A DNA stretch of 64,000 bases, from contig CM097882.1 in the NCBI GenBank assembly GCA_044892505.1, forward strand, positions 145,080,001 through 145,144,000. The letters run 5' to 3'. The notes beneath the pieces are model-generated. The model made no database searches and was not told where the DNA came from. It saw nothing but the letters and a program-made list of their open reading frames with translations. A program made the translations under genes and the position numbers. Of this stretch, positions 11,363-22,695 are shown one piece after another. Origin of the DNA: Schmidtea nova (taxonomy: Eukaryota). How positions within the stretch are numbered: the first letter of the stretch is position 1; every line of letters starts with the position of its first letter.

Positions 11363-12352
11363 CCTCTAAAAAGATAGAGGCATTAGTTGAAGGATGAGGC
11401 CTTTCACACATCATTCCATCGTATGTCCACTGTTTCGTACACTCTGTCATCATGCTTCGTTCATGTCACATTATACTCTTTCACCCAAATCATACAAATT
11501 ATTTAAGATGTTTACCTGGTGCATTGATTTCATATTTGCTATAACTTTTCCGGTCAACATTTTGATCGTATGATCGCATTCAGTAGTATTTAATCATACC
11601 TACCCTACGCATTCATACTACTTTGTGTTTGCATAGTAATGTACTGGCTACTACTACTCAGATTTGATGTCACATTTATCATCAGTCACGCACGTTTCAC
11701 CGCAATCGATTAAATTCACATTCACATTCAACCAACATAAATCAATTTGTACCTCGTTATTACTCGGAAGGTATTATAGTCGGTTAGCTTCATACACGAC
11801 AATTTGTATTGTGGGGGGGGTTTAACTCTGGGTAGCTGATAGTGGGAACTCAACTCCCTAGATACTGCGCCAATCGAATCAAGTCTTTAGTGTTCTCATT
11901 TCACTTTCGTATTTATTATGTTGTTACTTGTCGCTTACAATGATCGAGTCTGACCTTAACTCTGGTCGCCTCGCATTTTTGGACCATCTGATTTTATCTC
12001 TCCTTCTAACCGCTACTCGAACAAGTCATGTGCACCCTTCCCCTTCCGAATTAATTAAAACACTTATGGTCTCGCCGCATCAGCACCTCACATGAAAATG
12101 TGTTGTGCCGAGAGGCCGAGAATCCCGTCAGATCGTTAGACCTTCGGGACAAACTTATAGATTTTAACATGAGGGTTTAATTAACATTCATAACAAGAAT
12201 ACAACTAACGTACCTTTTATTCGCAAATGTCTTCACGGTTAGAATGTTGTTCCAATTTAGACCACAAGTGATTCTAGTAAAATGACTCAACTCCAAAATG
12301 ACTGACTAAAATATTGACTGCAAAAATGACTGACTTTCTACTGATTTCACTG

Positions 12353-12390
12353 CAGTATTTATACTGAGTGACGTTGCTGGCCAGCCAATC
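12353..12390 (-). promoter_or_regulatory. E3 CCAAT/TATA promoter
   Basis: Minus strand GATTGG...CAGTATAAATACTG. Confidence 0.7.
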
Positions 12391-13109
12391 AGAATTGAGC
12401 ATGTGTGCATATATTGCCTATCTTTTATGCTTGATGATTTAATTACGTATTCAATTTGGTGAGTCATTATTTTGTTCGTTTTTTATTCTTTTATTACTCT
12501 TTTGTTATATTTTAGATTTACCATCAGTATCGGCCCACGCCTGTCAGCTTTTGTTCCAGCTGAGTAAGTTTTTTGTATTGTTATTTAATTTGCTTTTATT
12601 CTTTTATCAATTTTTCAGACTTTGATGTGCGCTGATCATATGCCGATTGGTAAGTTATTTTCTGCTCAATTTCTTGTATTATTTGTTGCTATTTTATTTA
12701 ATTTATTCTATGTTTTATTTTAGATCGCTTGGCCCAACATTCATATACAGGCAAAATTTATGTTGGAGACTGAATCCGGACTTCTACCACTCAACTGGGA
12801 TTCGGAAGGAAGACAGTGAGTATTCGCAAGACTGGATTTGCGATACCCAATGATACGAACACTACGAACTATTGATATTTTGTGCTCCTTTTATAATTGT
12901 TAAAATGTGTTCTTTAATTATAGTTTTGAACTAGTGTTTGTTGATATTGCGGGTTTGGATGATGGGATGGTGATGCGTAAATTAGATTATTTTTTTATTG
13001 GTGATGTTACTTAAAAGGTAATTGGAAGGGAGAATTAATACGTATTTAATTAAAGATGTATGAAATCACCAACATTTCGAACTATTAAGTAAATTCCCTA
13101 TGATTCTAG

Positions 13110-13420
13110 ATGGAAAACCTGCGACAAGTAGTAGATACAAGTAATGAACGTCTATAACAGAGGCGTATACGCCTATTAAAAGGAAAACTGAACCAACGAG
13201 AGGTAGAGGTCGACGAGCTACGGCAGACGTGGTTTAGTCCGACCGCAATGATAGATGCATTAAAAAGTAAGAATAGAGTACAATGAGCACTCGATGAACA
13301 GATTGTGGGTAAAGAGACGTCGCGAGCGGAGGGCTTTCGCAGCGCGCGTGAATCTTGAGGAGGATTTATTAAGCGGGTTAACAGAGAGACAATTGGTCAA
13401 TGTAATTAATAACAATATAT
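13110..13420 (+). pseudogene. E2 ORF2 remnant (internally deleted)
   Basis: TTCTAG|ATG; ELRQTWFSPTAM; NRLWVKRRRERRAFAARVNLEEDLLSGLTERQL, matching the E3 ORF2 C-terminus. Confidence 0.8.
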
Positions 13421-13429
13421 TTTTAGGCT

Positions 13430-13757
13430 GAATAAATGTATTAATTTATTTGTGGGGTTAATATTTTTATCGAATGATGCGAATGAATATGCGTATGGTG
13501 AACTAATGAACCAAATTAATAACTAAAAGGGGACATGAGTTAAAACTGCTGAGACCTTCTATCGGTCGAAATGAACCCGTAGATGATAGGGGAATAAATG
13601 TATTAATTTATTTGTGGGGTTAATATTTTTATCGAATGATGCGAATGAATATGCGTATGGTGAACTAATGAACCAAATTAATAACTAAAAGGGGACATGA
13701 GTTAAAACTGCTAAGAACTTCTATCGGTCGAAATGAACCCGTAGATGATAGGGGAAT
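13430..13757 (+). repeat. 162-bp direct tandem duplication including the anti-SL segment
   Basis: Two near-identical units start at 13430 and 13592. Confidence 0.95.
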
Positions 13758-13939
13758 ATTACCTACCTAGGTTGCTCACCTGCCCTGTTAGTCTACACCG
13801 CTCAGTACATTACCAACATTTAGCGCAGTTAGGGGCAAACCATGGATGTTGGGGCGTGGTATATTTTTTATGTTGGCCGGGTTACCCTAATCCGAATCTC
13901 TAATGAAACCCGTGTTTATCATCCAACCGCATTCCAACA
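13710..13939 (+). ncRNA. 3' structured RNA module A (E2, degenerate)
   Basis: CTTCTATCGG...GAACCC...GCTCACCTGCCC...ATTACCAAC, ~226 nt from the element end. Confidence 0.6.
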
Positions 13940-15082
13940 TATAATTAAATAATTCTGATTCGTTTCAACTAGTAAATGTGTTTCTTGAATACGGTATTCC
14001 ACAAAAAATCCCATTTTTTAAATGGAAATATCCGGTTTCAAACCAAAATTTTCTTATTTAGAGTCAAGTTTAAAAAAAATCATTGAAAATGAACTGAAAT
14101 TGTAATTTTATATCATATTTAATATTTTATTGTAATTAAATATTTTATTCTCAAAGATGACGGTTAAATAAACTTCTAGATATATCAAAAAAATAGTTGA
14201 TCTGATTCGTTATGGAAGTATTATCTTAAAGAGAAAATTATCATGTAGTGAAAAATATTTATTCAAAGTTTTTAAAGAACATTGGGTGAATAAACAAATC
14301 TCATGATATCACATTTAATTAGAAAACAAAAAATTCATCAACAAAGGACGAATTGACGAAATTTGCAGTTATATGGTAAAATACAAAATTATAATTTTTT
14401 TACTGAAATTCAAAAATTACTTGTTCCAAGAAATGAAAAATAACAATAATATCTTGTTCACAGCTCTTTGACTTAACTATGATAATAATCCAGTAAATAC
14501 GACTCCCACTTAGGATATTATGGATGACACTTTGGTATTTAGTGAATCTATTGTAGACAAAAAAATACAAAAAAGTAAATATTTTCTGAGTAGGTAGTTT
14601 GGTTAAATATTTTTCTAAGTATATTTAAATGGTATCTATTTTATAAATAACTAAATTCAAGAATTGAAATTTTGACAATTAATTGTTTTCACTAGTTTCA
14701 AGTATTTGGAAAATTGGAATACATCTTGTTACATTTAAATTAAAACATTTCTGATAATGATTTATCAAAAATTTTCGAATTACTGATTAGATTGATATTT
14801 AAAAAAATTACAGTAGATTAATTTTAATTCCTATTTGTAACAATAATCAAAACAAGTATCTCAAGAATTCTAAATATTTTTGTATTATATTTAATATTTA
14901 TTGACAATATATTAAAAATTCAGTTTATAAACATACATCAAAATAAATAATGATATGTAAAATTAGGTAAAAAATGTATTATAACCAATAAAGAATCAAA
15001 TTAGATAATAATTTAGAAATATAAGTAAAAAAACAATTATCAGTTTAAAAAAGATTTATTCGGTAACTAAAACTTTATCAGA

Positions 15083-16273
<1,191 letters not shown>

Positions 16274-17306
16274 TTAGATAATTTTTAATGAATTCGATTG
16301 ATATTTATATGAATTTTTCTTTGTGTGTGCCAAAATTTAGACAAATGTCTTAATTTAGTCATTCCGGTTATGTAATACAAGCAAAATCAACTTCCAATGA
16401 GTCACAAAGACAAATTGAACAATCAAATATGAATAACTGCATACCAATGTTTTCCTAATTTGTTTATAATGTTAGACACGATTAAAATGTGAAGTAATTT
16501 GCTAAATTTCGTATCTAACTGCTTATCAAATTTCAAATTCAATACGGATATTTTGATATGTTAATGAAATATTATAATTTTTTACAATGCCAAGCATCAT
16601 TCTTCATTTTTAATTTAATAATTAAATTTTAATGTTAAGTTATTGTTTTAAGTGAAGTTATTGTTACCTAATTTTTAATGAAATGGCGGTATTACAATGA
16701 ACGTGATTAGTATTGTTTTATATCATTATAATAACATTACAACATATTTCTTGATTTATAATTTATGTAGAATATACTTAAAAACCCCAAATTAAAAGTC
16801 AAAATTATGATTTGTCAAATCAAACAGTGATAATTTGATATAATCAGTGTTTGATCTAGGTTCTAACTAAAAATACTAAGTTTTGAGTACAAGTTATAGA
16901 AAATTTTTTTTGTCATTTCTATATACTTAAAATAATTTTTTTTAATGATATAATACATGTCTGCTAATATATATGGCTATTAGATGATAATGCATTATGA
17001 AACTCGAGGAATCAGTATAACAAAAAACCCTTTATGTTTTAACCAAAAATTTTCAGAATTATGGTAATATAAATGAAAAACAAAAAAAATTCTTAAAAAT
17101 ATACTTTGTTTAGAAACATCTGGCATTTAAGAGAAGGTCATCCTGGTATACCGTATATATTTGATTTTACAATTCACTAGCTGGAATATTCGTCACTGAC
17201 CGGGCTAGTTAGAAGATAAAAATATATTCCAAACGGCCCCGTGCAGTGATGTTAAACTAACAAAGAAAAATATAATTATATGAAAATTTCTTTATTTATA
17301 TTAGTC

Positions 17307-17527
17307 TGGTGTGGACACCGTTTCTTTTTTTGAGGATGATCTAGGTGGTGGATGCGACCCACACTTCAACATAAATTTACCTCTATCCCACTCGTACACC
17401 CATGGTAATTCCCCGGATAACCATGTTGGAACTGTGTACGACAGTGAAAGACTAGTGGATAGGTGAGCCCATTACAATGACTACTCTTTCTTCATCGGGT
17501 TCTAGAGGCCGTTAGAAGGTCTTACGC
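17307..17527 (-). ncRNA. 3' structured RNA module A (E5)
   Basis: Plus strand 17508-17525 GCCGTTAGAAGGTCTTAC; UCGUACAC/GUGUACGA outer stem; CAUGGU/ACCAUG inner stem. Confidence 0.7.
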
Positions 17528-17568
17528 CTCTTACTATTTATTGATTCGCGTTCACTATTCTTTATTTG

Positions 17569-17810
17569 TGATGGGATTGTGGATGGGCTTGTAAAAACAT
17601 ATATGTTGTAAATGTCGTGTTCTAGGGATCCCTCACCCACAACCCTGCATAAACTGATCGTCGACACGCGTATGCCCTTGATTATTCCTTACTAGTCAAG
17701 TTGGTACTGCATACGGTGGTGGAAAAATGATGGGCAGGTGAGCTCTGTTACCAGAACTACTCCCAATTTATCTTCCCTCGGGTTCTTGTTGTCGATAGAA
17801 GGTCTTACGC
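17569..17810 (-). ncRNA. 3' structured RNA module A (E4)
   Basis: GCGTAAGACCTTCTATCGAC; GUUCUG-GUAA-CAGAGC; CGUAUGC/GCAUACG; AGUACCAA bulge. Confidence 0.72.
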
Positions 17811-18100
17811 ATTTAAATCCTATTTCTATTCGTCCCAATATCAATCTTTGATCTCTATGCCCCCATTTTCCGAAAACGCTTTCTCCTAACTTTCGTATAT
17901 TACTTTCGGTAGTTAATTTTATCTTGTAATTAATTAAATCGGTTTTTTTGCGGTGATTAACGTTTGTGCAACTTGTGAGGGAACTGGTTACTTCAATTTG
18001 TTTAATTTAGTAGGAATATTTTTTTACGAGGAGAGATAATATAAAATCAGCAACTCTTAAACTAGAACATATTTATTTTAGACACATCGATATCAACACG

Positions 18101-18677
18101 TTATCTCATAAAATCCAAGTCGATTTCGTCCATCAGTTCAAATTCTGTTAACGCGCTTAATCTATCGATCTGATTGGTCATACGCTGAGCGAATTCTAGG
18201 CGACGGCGCCTTTGTCTTGATCCTAATCGGTTCCTTCGCTGCTGTCCGACTGTGGTTACGGGAACTGTTGGTTCTGGTTGGCTGCTGCGAAGTGTGGGAG
18301 GAACTTCCATTATAGGGTTTGGAGCCATGATATTCTCGTCCTCCGTTCCAATTGCAATCTCCTGATATTTGCTTTAGGTCCATCGCTGAGCCGTAATTGG
18401 ACGGATTAACGCGCGCAGTTCGGTGTCTATATAGTTCTTCGTCACCGAATTTAGACAATTTCGCAGCTCTCTCTGGACTGCGTCGAGCTCCGTCCTAGTC
18501 TCAGTTAAAGCTTCCTGCATTCTATCCAGTTTTAACAGTTGGGTTTTCATTTGCTCTGGAGAAAACCATCGAGTTTTGAGTTTCTCATTTGCGACCGTGA
18601 GTCGCTTGATGCTGGTCTCTCATCTTCCGCTCTTGAACTTGGTTTGTAAATTTCTTTGAATTTTCGATAGAATTCAT
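18101..18677 (-). pseudogene. E4 ORF2
   Basis: TTTAG|ACCAA-ATG; KTRWFSPEQMKTQL...IRPIT...AIGTED...NRLGSRQRRRR; one frameshift and one stop. Confidence 0.8.
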
Positions 18678-19638
18678 TTGGTCTAAATAGTACAATACTT
18701 ATTGCCATGGTTAATTTACCGGTGGTTTATATTTTACTGAAATAACATAATAGCTATAAAGTGGACAAAGTAAACACCATTAATTCTAACACAAGTGGTG
18801 ATTAGATTTTGTGAATTTATTGAAACTTTATCTTCACCACTTCAAGAATTTTAGATGTTTAATTTATTGTGCTTAATTACTGACAAATGACTAAAAGAAC
18901 TCTCATTTACTAAGACATTTATTGAATTAAATTAGTCACTAGACATTTTTCCCCGTTAGGAAAATATAGTTCGGATTTGCAGATTCATTCTGAATGTCTT
19001 TTGACCCAACAAATTCATTCTCATGGCGCATCTCATGTCTATTCTGGGGTTGGTTGTCTCTGTGCTTAGGAAGATTTGAAAAAATAGCGCTCGCAGTGTA
19101 ACCCGTTAGTAAAATTCTCGTTACTTAATCTCCGTTGTCCCATGTGCAAAACCTCGAAACATTATAATATTTTAAATGTCAATAATTTTCCTACCGGGTG
19201 TGGAGCCTCTAAGCACCACGACGCGGACACACCCTGGGAACATGTAGCTCCCATTTGNNNNNNNNNNNNNNNNNNNNNNNNNNNNNNNNNNNNNNNNNNN
19301 NNNNNNNNNNNNNNNNNNNNNNNNNNNNNNNNNNNNNNNNNNNNNNNNNNNNNNNNNNNNNNNNNNNNNNNNNNNNNNNNNNNNNNNNNNNNNNNNNNTA
19401 CATATAATTAATATAACAAAATGGATGGCAAAAATCATGAATAACATAAAATAAAACCAAAGTACCTAATTTGTCTAGTTGCTTTATTAACTGCTTGATA
19501 GTATTGATTTAATTCGGTCTGTCAATTGATCGTCTAGTAATCAAAGTTCAAGTTGAAGTCACAATCAAAATTCAATCAGTTCAGTTAACTCAATCGATTC
19601 AATCACTTCAATTAATGCTATTTGATCTAAAGTCTGAT

Positions 19639-19678
19639 CAGTATTTATACTGATTTGTCTGGATCAGATTAACCAATC
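19639..19678 (-). promoter_or_regulatory. E4 CCAAT/TATA promoter
   Basis: Minus strand GATTGG...CAGTATAAATACTG. Confidence 0.7.
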
Positions 19679-20248
19679 CGGATTGACCGTCTCTACCGTA
19701 GGTCTCATTATTTATTTTATTTGCCTAATTAATTTTTTAGTTTTCAGATTCAATTCTCTTTAGGAGGTCCAGTTTTCCAATCAATTTTCCAATTACAAGT
19801 ACTTTTATTTTATTTAAATTATTAATATTCTACAATTTATTTGTTTTAGGTGCCTCTTATGACGGCTAATTTTACAATTTCTCTTGACCATTCTTTAAAA
19901 TTTTATCTCAAACTTATCTATAATTTATTTATTTATAATTTTTTTATAATTTTTTTTTTTTTTATAATTTCATTTATAGTTTCTACGTTTTTTTCTTTTT
20001 GTTTTAATTGTTATAAATTTAGTTTCCTTTTTACTCTGTTTAACTGGCCCAACATTTGTCTACATGTAATTATTCCAATATGAGCTTTATTCGAATATTT
20101 TATTAGTTAAAAAATCTTTCTATTTTCCGATTTGTTATGAAATACTCAAGTTAACTCAACTCAGAACAAAACAATTATTTCATATTAAATTTCGTGATTT
20201 CCTTCACTGAGTCAGATGACACCCACTAAAAACTCCAATTCAGTTAGC

Positions 20249-20560
20249 TCATCCAAACCTTCGACCTGGGCCTTGAATTGCTGAGCGAACAGCTTCTATT
20301 GTCGTCGCCTCTGCGCCAATGCGTTTGCGCTTGTTGGATCCCGACAGATTCACTGCTATCTGCTCTGAATTGTCTTGACCAAGGAGCACGGTTTTGGTGA
20401 GGCCACTCATGTCCGTTCCCACCGAACAAAACTTTTTCAGTTGATTGGTCCCTTTTTGTAATGTAATTGGGCGGATGCATGGCTCAACTCTGTCTCCTCG
20501 AAAGATCGGGTGACCTAGTTGAGACATTTGCACAGCTCTATCCGAGTAGCTTTAAGTTCC
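20249..20560 (-). pseudogene. E5 ORF2 fragment
   Basis: IRPITLQ...FCSVGTDMS...KRKRIG, matching E1 and E7 ORF2. Confidence 0.7.
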
Positions 20561-22164
20561 TATGCCATCTCTCACACCCTCTCTTTACTATCTCCGCATC
20601 ACAACATTACCCTTGGCTCTATATTAACCATGCTACCCTTCCTATTGGCCAAAACTGCCTTAAATAACTTTTACCCATAATGACCCTTAGTATGTAAATT
20701 AATCAGAAGAAATCAAGTACTTAAGTCGCAGGCAACAATACCTCGTGGTAATTCCTTCGTTAAAAAATTGAACGGTATTATTCATCAATCAACCGATTTT
20801 ATATTTCTATCGCTTTGGACCAATTCCAAACACCCCGTTGGTATTTCCCTTTCCAAATATTTTCATTAAACCTGGAGCCTTCCGGCTCCATATCTTATAA
20901 TACATCACGCTGTCGGTTTCGTCGAAAATGTTTCCTAAATTTCTCACTAGAACCCCCTATGCGCAACCCTCCTTCAGATACCATCGAAAAATCATTTTTG
21001 TTATAGATTTTAATAACAAATTTGCAATTTAACTTCTCTAAAACATAGTCACCAGTTCGTGGAGCTAAGAAGCCCCACGCAGATGGATCGCACCCTTGCA
21101 GCGTGAGCTACAGAGGACACTATACTAAAACATAAATATGAAAAATAAAAACGCTAATTATCCACTTAACTTATATATTTATGTGCAAATAAAAATATCA
21201 TGAAAGCACCAAAATTAAAATTAGACAAATGTCGGGCTGGCGAAATCGGAAAATAAATTTTGTTTAAATTTATCAAAAATTAAATATATACAAGAGGGAA
21301 CAAGTTTAAAAACGCACGATAAAGTATTACACAGTAAAACAACGCAAAAGAAAATAAAAATAGTATAGTACAATAGTAGACACACGAACCGCATTCCATA
21401 AGTCGGGCGAGATAGGGTTGAAACGATAGAAAAGATGCATCTCGAAAGAGAACCCATAATTTGAGAGCAGGTCACATTTACACATGAAGAACCGCACGAA
21501 AATTGAATGGGGAAGATTATCACTGTATAAAATAACGAAAAGCATGATCAAAGAATAAAATTGAAATCAGGATAAAGAAAATAATTTATTAAAAATTATA
21601 GGAAAAATCCCCATTGAAAAATCGGAAAATAACAGAGATAGAAAAAAATAGAATTAAATTAAATTGATTGTTTTAATCAATCAATTAATGTACAAAAACA
21701 GTGGACACACACACCATTTAACGAAATTAAAAACAAATATTTTAGAAATAAAAAAATCAAATCATAAAATTAAAATTACAAAAAAAATAAATAATCATTT
21801 ATTAAAACTAATAAATTAAGTTTAATCGTTAAAATAATTATTTACATAATATCATTCGTGGGTGCAAGTTGATTTGATATAAATAGACGCTGAGAGTCAC
21901 AGTTAGTTGGTAGTTAGCATAAAATTTTCAGTATTTCATTTTTGCCAGCCAGTCGCGTGAGTGAGTAGGTTTGTTTTGTTATATTTTTAATGATAATTGG
22001 TAATGCATATTGAATTTAGCTACGATAATAGTTTTATTGTTAGCTTGTTGAATAAGAAGTGTTATAAATTACAATGGTATCTAATAAATATTTAGAATTG
22101 AAATTTTATGTTTTGGCTATTTGCGAGTAAACCCTCATAATAACCGGAGTAAAATTCATAAAGG

Positions 22165-22285
22165 CGATTCCCGACGGTCTAACAACACGACGGGTGCTAA
22201 GTGGCCTCTCGTCCTGACTTCTTCCGGGGACTTAAGCAATGCGGCGTACCAGCGCTAAATTTGGGCAGGAGAAAAGAGGATTGCA
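22165..22285 (+). other. Conserved motif C (E6)
   Basis: Homologous to 7915-8030. Confidence 0.55.
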
Positions 22286-22455
22286 AAGAGTATTCATAGT
22301 TTTGGTGAATTATTTTTGGATGAGAAAAGTAGATAAAAACATTTTTTGAATTGGTATATAATGTTTTTGAGGATGAATAAAGCTAGAGATTTAAAAGCAG
22401 GTGGTAATAGATAGTTAAGAGGTAATCATGCGATAGGACCGAAAAGTAAGCAGAT

Positions 22456-22695
22456 GCGTAAGTCTTTCTATCGGCAGCAAGAACCCGAAAGAGAGAATTT
22501 AGTGAGGAGTAGTTTCGGCAACGGAGCTCACCTGCTCACTCGATTCTCACCACCGTGTACAGTACCAACATAGTTACTTGAGGAATAACTATGGGTACAC
22601 GTGTGTGGTAGATTGATATTTATGTTGCGTTATGGGTTGTATTAACCCCTAAAAATCGTTAATAGTTTTTAAAACAACACCCATATCACTCAACA
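22456..22695 (+). ncRNA. 3' structured RNA module A (E6)
   Basis: GTAAGTCTTTCTATCGGC; GUUUCG-GCAA-CGGAGC; CGUGUAC/GUACACG; CAUAGUUA/UAACUAUG. Confidence 0.72.

Larger units (their letters stand above)
9567..12739 (-). mobile_element. E3: ORF-bearing solo-LTR-like element (3173 bp) nested in E2
   Basis: Minus strand starts TGTTGGGCCAAG and ends CACCAGCA; exact TTCA TSD (9563-9566/12740-12743). Confidence 0.85.
9140..12853 (+). pseudogene. E2 ORF1 (GGPxWP family) split by the E3 insertion at 9567-12743
   Basis: 9140-9493 reads WRRYFGQ...CEGGPHWPF. After removing E3 the frame EIF|IYRQNLCWRLNPDFY matches EVFAYQDRLCWDPCPEIY of E3 ORF1. Confidence 0.7.
5774..13939 (+). mobile_element. E2: ~5 kb solo-LTR-like element interrupted by E3
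   Basis: TGTTGGGCC start, TTCCAACA end, exact TATA TSD (5770-5773/13940-13943). ORF1 continues across the E3 insertion; ORF2 and module A lie at the 3' end. Confidence 0.75.
17569..20054 (-). mobile_element. E4: solo-LTR-like element nested in E5
   Basis: Minus strand TGTTGGGCCAG start, CCCATCA end; exact TTTG TSD (17565-17568/20055-20058); contains an N-gap. Confidence 0.85.
17307..21225 (-). mobile_element. E5: outer anti-SL family element, interrupted by E4 and E6 (5' end not located)
   Basis: Module A at 17307-17527, ORF2 fragment at 20249-20560 and a 5' hairpin at 21050-21118 closely similar to E1 2231-2295. These are colinear once E4 is removed. Confidence 0.6.
21230..22695 (+). mobile_element. 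E6: ORF-less 1466-bp member of the family
   Basis: TGTCGGGC start, CTCAACA end; exact CAAA TSD (21226-21229/22696-22699); TATA-like GATATAAATAG near 21877; motif C and module A. Confidence 0.8.

Noticed and set aside
14150-14560. Possible host exon converging on actin (LLDISKKIVDLIRYG...)
   Set aside because: Several stops, no consistent splice model and no recognisable family
17508-17527. SL-like 18-mers as target-site flanks of an SL-specific non-LTR element (NeSL/SLACS-like) or as SL gene promoters
   Set aside because: No RT or endonuclease is adjacent, the rest of the SL is absent, and the conserved flank shows GNRA loops and covariation on the opposite strand inside TG..CA elements. 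Disfavoured, not formally excluded.
17680-17735. Group II intron domain V (CCGUAUGC similarity)
   Set aside because: No AGC/CGC triad, the bulge is 8 nt on the 5' side rather than 2 nt on the 3' side, and the sequence is not conserved in other copies
19142-19460. ORFs spanning N-runs (also 22712-23047, 41963-42286, 51150-51374)
   Set aside because: Created by assembly gaps
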